Part shown: piece by piece, positions 8,628 through 16,862 of the stretch
Layout: the number at the start of each line of letters is the position of its first letter
Numbering within the stretch: the stretch's first letter is position 1
From: Candidatus Limnocylindrales bacterium
Lineage (GTDB): Bacteria > Chloroflexota > Limnocylindria > Limnocylindrales > CSP1-4
DNA length: 64,000 bases
Direction: 5' to 3'
Assembly (NCBI GenBank): GCA_036002405.1
Contig: DASYTK010000040.1
Coordinates: 1,299 to 65,298, forward strand
Notes under the pieces: generated by a model
What the model saw: the letters and a program-made list of their open reading frames with translations, nothing else
The model's database searches: none
What the model was told of the DNA's origin: nothing
Made by a program: the position numbers and the translations under genes

Positions 8628-9833
8628 CTACTCGGCCCTCCTCGACAACCGACGGAAACGTGAGAGTGCCAGCTCGACCGTCCGGCGGTTCTCCGAGACG
8701 ATCTCCTCCGGATCTGGCGTGACGAGATCGGGCGGGTCGAGGAAGTGATCGGGCGGAGGAGCCTGATGGCGGCGGTCCGCCTCCTCAGACCAGCGCTCGC
8801 GCCAGTCGGTGGGGATCGACCGGGGCGGCTCGCGGTGGGCCTGGGCGAGCCAGACGAGGGACCACGCGCGGGGGATCACGCGGTAGACGTCGTAGCCACC
8901 CCCGCCGGTGGCCAGCCAGCGACCCTCGCAATAGTGGTGAGCGAGCTCGTCCATCAACCGATCGGCCCGCCAGTACGCCGCGGTCGTGACGCGCTGGTGC
9001 GCCAGCGGATCGAGGGCGTGGGAATCGCAGCCGTGCTGGGTGACGAGGAAGGTCGGGCGCCAGGCGTCGGCGAGGGCGGGTACGACCGTCTCCACTGCCG
9101 AGCACCAGGAGGCATCACCGCTCCCGGGCAGGAGCGGGACGTTCACCGCCGTGCCCTCGGCATCGGGACCGCCACTCTCCTCGACGAAGCCGGTGCCCGG
9201 GAACAGCGCGAGGCCGGTCTCGTGGATCGAGACGGTCAGGACCTGCGGGTCGTTGTAGAAACAGGCTTCCGTCCCATCTCCGTGGTGGACGTCGAGATCG
9301 ACATAGAGGATGCGATGGCTGGCGTCCCGGGCCCGCGCGACGCCGAGCGCGACGTCGTTGTAGATGCAGAACCCGGAGGCACGCCCGGGCATCGCGTGAT
9401 GGAGTCCGCCTCCCGGGTGGAAGGCGTGCTCCGCGCCACCGTCGAGGATGCTCGCGACAGCGTCGAGCGAACCGCCGGCGACCGCCGCCGAGGCCTCGTG
9501 CATCCCCGGGAAGGCCGGGCAATCGCCCGGTCCGATCCCGGCCCTGGGCGGTCCCGCCGGATCCTCCGAGAAGGACCTCACGATCTCGAGATACGCCGGA
9601 TCGTGGATCCGCTCGAGCTCTGCGTCGCCCGCGACCCGCGGCTCGATGAACTCCTCCGCCCCGATCGCTCGGAGGAGGTCGATCGCGGGGCCGAAGCGCC
9701 GCGGCGTGAGTGGGTGGAGCGGCCCGAAGTCGTACCTCGTCGACCAGGCGCCGAAGACGACGGCCGGCCCGGCCCGTGCCAGGGATCGGGCAGGCGTCGT
9801 CGCGGCGACCGTCTCCCCTTCCGGCCCCTTCAC
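8628..9833 (-). CDS. Histone deacetylase-family (AcuC/AphA-like) deacetylase
   Basis: The segment HPGGGLHHAMPGRASGFCIYNDVAL...DLDVHHGDG carries the class I/II HDAC zinc-site and active-site motifs. The GTG start overlaps the upstream stop (GTGA). Confidence 0.85.
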   Translation of the reverse strand: MKGPEGETVAATTPARSLARAGPAVVFGAWSTRYDFGPLHPLTPRRFGPAIDLLRAIGAEEFIEPRVAGDAELERIHDPAYLEIVRSFSEDPAGPPRAGIGPGDCPAFPGMHEASAAVAGGSLDAVASILDGGAEHAFHPGGGLHHAMPGRASGFCIYNDVALGVARARDASHRILYVDLDVHHGDGTEACFYNDPQVLTVSIHETGLALFPGTGFVEESGGPDAEGTAVNVPLLPGSGDASWCSAVETVVPALADAWRPTFLVTQHGCDSHALDPLAHQRVTTAAYWRADRLMDELAHHYCEGRWLATGGGGYDVYRVIPRAWSLVWLAQAHREPPRSIPTDWRERWSEEADRRHQAPPPDHFLDPPDLVTPDPEEIVSENRRTVELALSRFRRLSRRAE

Positions 9834-10438
9834 GCCGACGGCGACTCCCAGCCGGTCGCCGCACGTGCGGTGGCGAAGGCGTTCTCCGGCGATTCCCCCC
9901 GATCGAGCGAGGCGGCATACCGTCCGACGAGCTCCCCGAAGGCGGTCCCGGCGTCCGCGGGCGCCTCGAGGATCGTTGCGCTCTCCGGAAAACCCGCCGC
10001 GTCGTCGCTGGCGGCCGGCACGACCGCCACGACCGCCGCTCCCTGGAAGCTCGCTCCGTCGACCGCGGCCACGCGGCCCTCCGCCCCTAGCGGTTCCGCG
10101 ACGACGAGGACGCGGTAGTCGGGCAGGTATCGAAGCCCGAGCTCGATGTCGTCCGCGTCGAGGCGCGGCAGGCGACCCCGGTCGATGCCGACGATCGGCG
10201 TGCGACCGGCCGGGTCGCGCAGCAGCGCCGCGTGGCCGATCCCTTCCCGGCCCAGCCCGACGGCGATGATGTCGCCCTCGGGATCGTCGCCGATCGTCCC
10301 GAGCAGCTCGACCTCGGCTCCGCCAGCCCTGGCGGCAACGGCGATCTCCGCGGGGAGGCCTCCCGGCCGCCCGTTCGACCCGGCAGCATCTGCCGGCGCT
10401 GGCGGCACGAGGCTGGGACGACCGAGGACGACGATCAC
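9830..10438 (-). CDS. Short PfkB/ribokinase-like protein with degenerate ATP/anion-hole motif
   Basis: 202 aa. The N-terminal part resembles the PfkB sugar-kinase fold (AEIAVAARAGGAEVELLGTIGDDPEGD). The place of DTxGAGDxF reads PADAGTAFG, and the protein is about 100 aa shorter than active kinases. It is translationally coupled to the deacetylase. Confidence 0.5.
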   Translation of the reverse strand: MIVVLGRPSLVPPAPADAAGSNGRPGGLPAEIAVAARAGGAEVELLGTIGDDPEGDIIAVGLGREGIGHAALLRDPAGRTPIVGIDRGRLPRLDADDIELGLRYLPDYRVLVVAEPLGAEGRVAAVDGASFQGAAVVAVVPAASDDAAGFPESATILEAPADAGTAFGELVGRYAASLDRGESPENAFATARAATGWESPSA

Positions 10439-10532
10439 GCCCGATCGTCGGACGGAGCCTGGATCACGCCGCCGAGCCTAGCCGTCGCCTCCGGCGCTGC
10501 GCAAGCTCGGCCAGGAGACCGATCGGGCCCGG

Positions 10533-11306
10533 TCAGTCGAGGTCCGTGTCGCTCCCCGAGTCGCTCCCTTCGCCGCCGGCACCCTCTTCGTCACCGGAGC
10601 CGCTTCCGTCCGGCTCCCCGCCACCCTCCTCCGCGCCGTCATCGTCGTCCCCGTCCGGCTCGTCGGTCTCGGTGGGCTCGGGCCTGTCGGGCTCGGCGGT
10701 CGGCGGCTCGGTGGGCTCTGTGACCGGCGACCGGCGCGGGCTGGGCGAGGGCGTTTGAGTCCCCGGCGTAGGAGCCGGGTCGTCCGGCGCGTTGTCGCTC
10801 GGCGTCGGGGCGATCGTCGGCGAGGGATCGGTCGCGTCGCTGTCCTCCTTCGTCGGCGCGGGCGTCGGCGTGGGCGAGCGATCGGCCTCGACGGGGAGCA
10901 CGGGCGCCGGCCGGGGCGGTGGCACGAGGCCGTCGACGAGAGCGCTCAGCCCGGCCAAGGCGACGGTCCCGCCGGCCCCGAACGCGAGCATGAGCGCGAC
11001 GAGCAGGCAGATCGCCTGGATCCGAATCGCGGCGGGGAAGGGCCTCCCCACGCCGAGCGCCAGGCGGATCGTCTGTGCGAGCGGCTCGAGCGCAGCCCGC
11101 AGCGAGCCCGACTCGAGCGCTCGGAGGAACTGGACAGGAGGCACGGGCGCCGCCTCGCGCGAGATCGCCGCGGTCACGCGCTCCACGAGACCGGCCGGCG
11201 GCTCGATGGCGAGCTCGCCCGCGTATGCCTCCAGCTGGTATGCGACGGAGGCAAGCTGGCCGACGTCAGCTCCGAGCTCGAGGAGGTTGAACCCTCGGCG
11301 GGTCAT
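10533..11306 (-). CDS. Putative anti-sigma factor: single-pass membrane protein with Pro/Thr/Asp/Glu-rich extracytoplasmic tail
   Basis: The start ATG at 11306 overlaps the sigma-factor stop (ATGA). One TM segment (AICLLVALMLAFGAGGTVALAGL). The C-terminal roughly 130 aa are low-complexity P/T/D/E. The longer track ORF (to 11420) overlaps the sigma gene and was trimmed. Confidence 0.55.
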   Translation of the reverse strand: MTRRGFNLLELGADVGQLASVAYQLEAYAGELAIEPPAGLVERVTAAISREAAPVPPVQFLRALESGSLRAALEPLAQTIRLALGVGRPFPAAIRIQAICLLVALMLAFGAGGTVALAGLSALVDGLVPPPRPAPVLPVEADRSPTPTPAPTKEDSDATDPSPTIAPTPSDNAPDDPAPTPGTQTPSPSPRRSPVTEPTEPPTAEPDRPEPTETDEPDGDDDDGAEEGGGEPDGSGSGDEEGAGGEGSDSGSDTDLD

Positions 11307-11842
11307 GCCGCGGCCTCCTCGCCGAGCGCCTGGCGGAGCCGGAGGAGGCCACGCCGAAGATGCGTCTTCACCGTGGCCAGCGGCCGCCCGGTCGCGTCCG
11401 CGATCTCCGCCAGCGAGCACTCGGCGAAGAACCGGAGGGCGACGACCTCGCGGTACGGGTCGGGCAGTGCCGCGACGGCCGCCCGGAGCCGCTCCCCCCG
11501 TTCTGCGGCCAGGGCTGCGCCGAGCGGGTCGGGTCCCTGCTCCGGTCGATCATGTGCGATCGGGTCGAGCGAAACGACGAGCCGCCGCTGCCCAAGACGC
11601 CGGAGCGCGAGCCGCGTCGCGATCCGCGCGAGCCAGGCCGAGAGGCTGCCCTCGCCACGGAACGTATCGAGCGATCTGAACGCGCTCACGAATGTCTCCT
11701 GGACCGCGTCCTCGGCCTCATCGACCCGACCGAGGATCCGGTAGCAGGTGCGAAAGACCGCACCCGACTCCGCTTCGACGATCCGGCCGAAGGCGTCGCG
11801 ATCACCGGCGGTGACGGCCGCGATGATGCTGGCCTGATCCAC
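11303..11842 (-). CDS. ECF-type RNA polymerase sigma-70 family factor
   Basis: 179 aa. Region 2 (AEDAVQETFVSAFRSLDTFRGEGSLSAWLARIA) and region 4 HTH (YREVVALRFFAECSLAEIADATGRPLATVKTHLRRGL) are both present. Confidence 0.85.
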   Translation of the reverse strand: MDQASIIAAVTAGDRDAFGRIVEAESGAVFRTCYRILGRVDEAEDAVQETFVSAFRSLDTFRGEGSLSAWLARIATRLALRRLGQRRLVVSLDPIAHDRPEQGPDPLGAALAAERGERLRAAVAALPDPYREVVALRFFAECSLAEIADATGRPLATVKTHLRRGLLRLRQALGEEAAA

Positions 11843-11903
11843 GCCGGAATCGTGACAGACCTGTCCGCCGGGGGCAGCGGGCCGAACGGGCTAGAGCGGG
11901 GGT

Positions 11904-12377
11904 CTAGTCGTCCCCGCCCTCGCCTCCGTCGTCCTCGTCGCCAGAGCCGCCCTGGTCGCCGTCATCGCCATCGTGGGCGTCTTCGTCGCCCTGCTCGTCG
12001 GCGTCTTCGGCGTCGTCGGCGTCTTCGGCGTTATCGGCGTCCTCATCGCCCTGCTCGTCGGCGTCCTCGCCCTGCTCGTCGGCGTCCTCACCCTGCTCGT
12101 CGGCGTCCTCGCCCTGGTCATCCTCGACCTCGGGGCTCCCGGACGCTTCCGTCTCAGGACTCTCGGACTCCTCGACCTCGGGACTCTCGCTCGGCTCGGC
12201 CGACTCGTCCTCGACGTCGGCGCTCGGCTCCGACTCGAGCTGGCTGCCGACGCTCTGGTGGCTGGCTCCGCCCCAGGCACCGCTCAGCTGGCCGGCCGCC
12301 GCGGCGGCAGACACGACGAGGAGGACCGAGACGAACCCGGCTCCGAGGCTCCGAAGGATCCGTGTGCGATCGGACAT
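11904..12377 (-). CDS. Signal/anchor-bearing hyper-acidic repeat protein
   Basis: 157 aa. It has an N-terminal hydrophobic segment (LGAGFVSVLLVVSAAAAAG). About 100 aa of D/E-rich sequence follow, including GEDADEQ x3. Confidence 0.6.
   Translation of the reverse strand: MSDRTRILRSLGAGFVSVLLVVSAAAAAGQLSGAWGGASHQSVGSQLESEPSADVEDESAEPSESPEVEESESPETEASGSPEVEDDQGEDADEQGEDADEQGEDADEQGDEDADNAEDADDAEDADEQGDEDAHDGDDGDQGGSGDEDDGGEGGDD
12038..12120. repeat. 21-nt in-frame tandem repeat (about 4 units) inside the acidic protein gene
   Basis: The plus strand reads CGTCCTC(ATC)GCCCTGCTCGTCGG, CGTCCTCGCCCTGCTCGTCGG, CGTCCTCACCCTGCTCGTCGG and CGTCCTCGCCCTGGTC. These encode the GEDADEQ units. Confidence 0.7.
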
Positions 12378-12520
12378 GTCGTCTTTACCCCTTGAGGAAT
12401 GGCCGCAGCGGGTGCGGCACTCACCAGGGATGAGGCAGACAGCGGGGCGAAGGTTTCAACCGCCACGAGAAACACGACTCGAGGCGCGCCCGCCGACGAT
12501 GCAGCGGCCGATCGCCGTGC

Positions 12521-13948
12521 TCAGGCGGTCTGTCCGGCGCTCGGCAGAGGCTCGCTGACGATCGCAAGGGGCGCGAAGCTCGCGACCTCGAGCTCCGACT
12601 CGATCCGGGCCGCGTCGCCGACGAGCACGATCGAGGCATCCTGCGGTCGCAGGTGCGCCCGGGCGGCGACCGCGACCTCGTCGGCGGTCACGGCGGCGAC
12701 GGCGGGCCGGTAACGGTCCAGCTCGTCGTCGGGCAACCGATGGATCACCAGGCCGGCGAGCGCGGCGGCGACCTGGCCGGGCGTCTCGAACCGGAGCGGG
12801 AAGACGCCCACGAGATACTCGCGGGCCTCGTTGAGCTCCGCCTCGCTCGGAGGTCCCGTCAGCATCCCGCCCACCTGCTCGAGGATGTCCCGGAGTGCGG
12901 GGACCGTCACCTCCGTCTGGACCGCCGTCCGAACGCCGAACGGGCCGGCCGAGCGGCGCATGTCGAAACCGGCGCCGATACCGTACGTGTAGCCGCGCTC
13001 CTCGCGGAGAAGCCGCTGCAGCCGGGAGTTGAAGAGCCCGCCCAGGATCGTGCTCATCACGACAACGGCGTGGAAATCGGGGATTCGGCGCGGCACGCCC
13101 GCGTGACCCACCCGGATCTCCGACTGGGCCGACCCAGGCCTGTCCACGAGGACGACCCGTGCACCGGCCGGATGCTCGGAGGCATCGGGAGCGTATGGTT
13201 CGCGACGCTGTCCCTGGCTGGTCCACTTCTCGAAGGTCGCCTCCGCCAGCTCGGCCACCGGGAGGTCGCGCAGGTCGCCGGCGACGATCAGCGTCGCCGC
13301 AGCCGGGTCGAGCAGCGCGGCGTGGCGGGCCGCCACCGCGCCCCGCTCGAGCGGGCCGACCGTCTCCTCGACCCCGCCCTGCGGGCGGGCGTAGGGCGAC
13401 GACGGGGCGTAGATCGTCTCGTTGAAGGCCCACTCGACGCGGCGCCGGGGCTCCGCCCGCGCCTGCATCAGGTCGTTGAGGCGCTCGTCGCGGAGACGTG
13501 CCACCTCCGTCGGTGGGAAGCTGGGCCGGAGCGACATCTCGGCGAGGAGTTCGAGAGCCGGCGCGAAGTGCCGGCGGGGGACGTCAAGCGAGGCGACGAC
13601 CGTCTCCCAGCCCGCCTCCGCGTGGAGCTCGGCACCCAGGCGCTCGGCTGCCTCGATCAGCTCGATCGCCGAGCGCCGCTCGGTGCCCTCGGTCAGGGCT
13701 CGTGCACCGAGCGCGGTGATCCCCGCCTGCTCGGGCGGCTCATCGGCCGCACCTCCTTCGAGCACCAGGTTTGCCGCGAGCAGCGGGCGGCCGGGCAGGT
13801 CGGCCGTGAGAAGGCTGAGACCGTTGTCCAGGCGGTTCCGCTCGAAGGCGGGGAAACGGTACGGACGCGCCGATCCGGGACCCGGCCGGTGGTCGAGGAT
13901 CGCGAGGTCGCCCTCGGCGCGCAGCCGGGCGCGGACGGCGGCGCTCAC
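12521..13948 (-). CDS. M16 (pitrilysin) family peptidase-like protein lacking the HxxEH zinc motif (probable non-catalytic partner)
   Basis: 475 aa with M16 architecture. The position of HxxEH reads GITALGARALTEGTERRS. It has a 4-nt overlap with the upstream M16 gene. Confidence 0.8.
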   Translation of the reverse strand: MSAAVRARLRAEGDLAILDHRPGPGSARPYRFPAFERNRLDNGLSLLTADLPGRPLLAANLVLEGGAADEPPEQAGITALGARALTEGTERRSAIELIEAAERLGAELHAEAGWETVVASLDVPRRHFAPALELLAEMSLRPSFPPTEVARLRDERLNDLMQARAEPRRRVEWAFNETIYAPSSPYARPQGGVEETVGPLERGAVAARHAALLDPAAATLIVAGDLRDLPVAELAEATFEKWTSQGQRREPYAPDASEHPAGARVVLVDRPGSAQSEIRVGHAGVPRRIPDFHAVVVMSTILGGLFNSRLQRLLREERGYTYGIGAGFDMRRSAGPFGVRTAVQTEVTVPALRDILEQVGGMLTGPPSEAELNEAREYLVGVFPLRFETPGQVAAALAGLVIHRLPDDELDRYRPAVAAVTADEVAVAARAHLRPQDASIVLVGDAARIESELEVASFAPLAIVSEPLPSAGQTA

Positions 13949-15252
13949 GCGGCGACCGCTTCGTGCGCCCGCTGGGGAACGTAGGTGACGACCGCCCGGT
14001 TGTCGGGCCGGAAGACGTCATGGGCGAGGGCCCGGATCTCCTCGGCGTCGACGGCCAGGTAGCGCGCGAGCTGCTCGTTGATGCGCTCCGGCCGGTCGAA
14101 GAGCGTCGCGTACATCGCCAGACGGTCGGCGACCTCCTCGACCCGGCCCAGGGCCGCGAGCTCCATGGACTCGATGAGCGCCTGGGCGCGCGAGAGCTCG
14201 TCCTGGGTCACCGGCTCCGCGCCGAGCCGCTCGAGCTCCTCGAGGAAGGCGGTCTCGACCGTCGCCGCGTCGCTCTCCGGTCGGACGGTCGCCCAGCCGG
14301 CGAAGATCGAGCCCCCGGTCACGAGGGGCAGGGCGAACGCGGTGACGTCCTGGGCGATCCGCCGTTCGCGGACGAGCGAGCGATGGAGTCGGCTGCCCTT
14401 CCCCCCGGCGAGGATCTGCCCGGTCAGCTCGAGCGCGTCGAAGGCGGTCGTCCCGAAGGGCGGCGTCCGGAAGCCGAAGTGGACCCGCTCGAGGGGCACC
14501 CGGTCTGGGACGACCTCCCGGATCTCGCGACCGATCCGCGGCCCGATCTCGGGTGCCTCGAAGCTCGGCCGGGCGACGTTCGGTGGGACGGGCCCAAACC
14601 ATCGCTTCGCGGCCGCGAATGCATCCGCCTCCTCGACGTCGCCGACGATGGAAAGGACCGCGTTGTTCGGTGCGTACCAGGTCCGGAAGAAGGCCGCGAC
14701 GTCGTCCAGCGAGGCCGCGTCCAGATCCTCCATCGAGCCGATCGGCGTGTGATGGTAGGGATGCTCGGGGGGGAAGACGGCGGCCATGAGCTTCTCGTAG
14801 AACGAGCCGTAGGGCCGGTTGTCGTAGCTCTGGCGCTTTTCGTTCTTCACCACCTCGCGCTGGTTGTCGAGGTTCTCCTGATCGAGCGCCTCGAGCAGCG
14901 TCGCCATCCGGTCGGCCTCGAGCCAGAGGGCGAGCTCGAGCTGATGGGAGGGCATCGTCTCGAAGTAGTTCGTGCGGTCGAAGTACGTCGTGGCGTTGTT
15001 CACGCCGCCGGCCGCCTGGATCAAGCTCATGTGCTCGGCCTTCGTGACATGCCCCGAGCCCTGGAACATGAAATGCTCGAAGAGGTGGGCGAAACCGGTC
15101 TTGCCCGGCGACTCGTGCTTGGAGCCGACGTCATACCAGAGGTTGACCGCGACGACCGGCGCGATGTGATCCGGCGCGACGATCACCCGCAGGCCGTTCC
15201 GGAGGGTCCTCTGGGTGAAGCGCACCTGGACGCGCTCGACGTCGGTGAGCAT
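13945..15252 (-). CDS. M16 family zinc metallopeptidase (catalytic subunit)
   Basis: 435 aa. The inverted zinc motif HLFEHFMFQG (HxxEH) is present, together with the downstream E of the M16 signature. Confidence 0.85.
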   Translation of the reverse strand: MLTDVERVQVRFTQRTLRNGLRVIVAPDHIAPVVAVNLWYDVGSKHESPGKTGFAHLFEHFMFQGSGHVTKAEHMSLIQAAGGVNNATTYFDRTNYFETMPSHQLELALWLEADRMATLLEALDQENLDNQREVVKNEKRQSYDNRPYGSFYEKLMAAVFPPEHPYHHTPIGSMEDLDAASLDDVAAFFRTWYAPNNAVLSIVGDVEEADAFAAAKRWFGPVPPNVARPSFEAPEIGPRIGREIREVVPDRVPLERVHFGFRTPPFGTTAFDALELTGQILAGGKGSRLHRSLVRERRIAQDVTAFALPLVTGGSIFAGWATVRPESDAATVETAFLEELERLGAEPVTQDELSRAQALIESMELAALGRVEEVADRLAMYATLFDRPERINEQLARYLAVDAEEIRALAHDVFRPDNRAVVTYVPQRAHEAVAA

Positions 15253-15332
15253 GGTCCTCCGACTGCGGTCTTCCGGGTGACGGGTCCCGGGGATTCTGCC
15301 ATCCGCGGGGTTGCGGCCGGCCGCGCAGCTGC

Positions 15333-15371
15333 TTGACAGGCTGCGAGTCCGTGTTAGCCTTGCGTCTAACA
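15333..15371 (+). promoter_or_regulatory. Promoter (TTGACA-N16-TAGCCT) overlapped by the perfect palindrome TGTTAG-N8-CTAACA
   Basis: TTGACA lies at 15333-15338 and TAGCCT at 15355-15360. The inverted repeat TGTTAGccttgcgtCTAACA at 15352-15371 sits 19 nt upstream of the ArsR-family start. Confidence 0.5.
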
Positions 15372-15389
15372 GCCGTAAGACGAGAAGCG

Positions 15390-16469
15390 ATGAGCGCCCG
15401 ACGTCGATCCCCCAGCCCTGCCGCCCGCTGTCATGCCGCGATGCGCGGCGTGGGGGCGGGAACGCGCTACGAGCTCGTCCTCGATGAGCGTCCTGTCTTC
15501 GACTTCGTCGTCAGCCTAGTCCACGACCTGGACGATGTCACCGAGCTCCAGCCCCAGGATCGTCGCTGGCTGACCGAGGGACGGGATGCACTGGCGGCGG
15601 ACGATGTCGCCCTTCTCGACCTCGGGCACAGCGCGAGCGGACCGCCGAATCTGTCGGCGATCGCGATCGAGCATCCCGAGGTCCGCGACGCGGCGGGCCT
15701 CGTGGAACACGTCCGCAGCGCCGATCCCGCGGACCTGCTGCGGATCACGCTCGGCGACCTGGCCGCCGAACACGGCCTCGCCGACCAGCTCGAGGGCGCG
15801 CTGGCCGGGGACGCGTCGGCACTGGCAGCGTGGGCCTCGGCACTCGACGACGAGCGCACGATCGAGGCGCTGCGCGATCCGGCCTCCTGGGCCCAGCGGC
15901 TGCTTGCCATCCTCGAGGCCTGGCTCCAGAGATACGGCGAAGTCGAAGGACGTGTCAGGCACTACCTGGAACGGGACCTCGCAGCGCGGCGGGGCGACCT
16001 GGCCCTGCTGCCGACTGGCGAGATGGTCGAGCGCACGACCGGAGGCATCCGCTTCCTGGCCGACCCGATCGTCCGGCGAGTGGTCCTCGCTCCGAGCTAT
16101 TTCGCCCGGCCCTTCAATTACGTCTTCGCGGCCGACGGGTGGCGCCTCTTCTGCTACCCGATCGCCGACAACGCGATCGGTGGTATCGACCCGATCGCCC
16201 CGCCGCCGGCCGCGGTCCGGCTCTACCGCGCCCTGGGCGACGAGACCCGCCTGCGGATCCTCCGCCTCCTCAGCGAGCGCGATCACTACATGACGGAGCT
16301 CGCGCAGCAGCTCGAGCTCTCGAAGCCGACGATCAAGCACCATCTGGCGCAATTGAGGGCGGCCGGGCTCGTGACGCTGACCGAGGAAGGGTCGCTGACC
16401 TACTACAGCCTCAGGCGCGATCGGATCGCCGAGGCCGGCGACGACGTGATGCGGTATCTCGCCCGCTGA
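15390..16469 (+). CDS. ArsR/SmtB-family transcriptional regulator with large N-terminal (DUF5937-like) domain
   Basis: C-terminal winged HTH: LYRALGDETRLRILRLLSERDHYMTELAQQLELSKPTIKHHLAQLRAAGLV. The start was moved to the ATG at 15390 because the track start (15333) is the -35 box itself. MRGVGAG is an alternative start. Confidence 0.8.
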   Translation: MSARRRSPSPAARCHAAMRGVGAGTRYELVLDERPVFDFVVSLVHDLDDVTELQPQDRRWLTEGRDALAADDVALLDLGHSASGPPNLSAIAIEHPEVRDAAGLVEHVRSADPADLLRITLGDLAAEHGLADQLEGALAGDASALAAWASALDDERTIEALRDPASWAQRLLAILEAWLQRYGEVEGRVRHYLERDLAARRGDLALLPTGEMVERTTGGIRFLADPIVRRVVLAPSYFARPFNYVFAADGWRLFCYPIADNAIGGIDPIAPPPAAVRLYRALGDETRLRILRLLSERDHYMTELAQQLELSKPTIKHHLAQLRAAGLVTLTEEGSLTYYSLRRDRIAEAGDDVMRYLAR

Positions 16470-16486
16470 GGGACCGCGTCGCAGGC

Positions 16487-16516
16487 CGGCCGCGCACCGC
16501 TCGGCGGGCGCGGCCG
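16487..16516 (+). terminator. GC-rich hairpin after the ArsR-family gene (weak T-tract)
   Basis: CGGCCGCGC-accgctcggcgg-GCGCGGCCG is followed by ACTTT. It has a 9-bp stem and begins 18 nt after the stop. Confidence 0.3.
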
Positions 16517-16531
16517 ACTTTGGGACCGCAG

Positions 16532-16550
16532 GTTAGATGGATGGCTAACA
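16532..16550 (+). promoter_or_regulatory. Second copy of the GTTAG-N8-CTAACA palindrome
   Basis: GGTTAGatggatggCTAACA lies about 50 nt upstream of the small ORF at 16600. The half-sites and spacing match the palindrome at 15352-15371. I found no other GTTAG-N8-CTAAC in the window. Confidence 0.45.
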
Positions 16551-16599
16551 ACAGGATCATCAGTGACTGACACGAAGGAGTGATACGGGAGGTGGAGTG

Positions 16600-16851
16600 A
16601 TGGATGAGCTACGGAGGATCGTGGTAAGCGAGCGGCAGCGGGGCCTCCGCGCCGAGGCAGCCGAAGACCGGCTTGGACGCCTGACGAACGACGCTGGGAC
16701 CGGGGCCATGGTGACCGAGACCTCCCACTTCGGCGCCGCGGTCGGTCCCGCGCCGGAAGCGCGCCTCGAGCGTGCGCTCTTCGGGAGGGAGACCAGGGCG
16801 ATCGGATCGAACTGCTGTGTCCCGTTCGCCGAGCGGGCAGGCCAGCTGTGA
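16600..16851 (+). CDS. Small hypothetical protein (83 aa) with C-terminal Cys-Cys
   Basis: A strong SD (GGGAGGTGGAG) ends 3 nt before the ATG (core GGAGG about 7 nt upstream). Third-position G+C is about 85% by hand count, matching neighbouring genes. The protein ends ...RAIGSNCCVPFAERAGQL. I recognise no family. Confidence 0.45.
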   Translation: MDELRRIVVSERQRGLRAEAAEDRLGRLTNDAGTGAMVTETSHFGAAVGPAPEARLERALFGRETRAIGSNCCVPFAERAGQL

Positions 16852-16862
16852 TTCGGACGGAA

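Noticed and set aside
16597-16599. GTG at 16597 as the start of the small Cys-Cys ORF
   Set aside because: The adjacent ATG at 16600 has better spacing from the GGAGG core. The difference is one codon and does not affect the interpretation.
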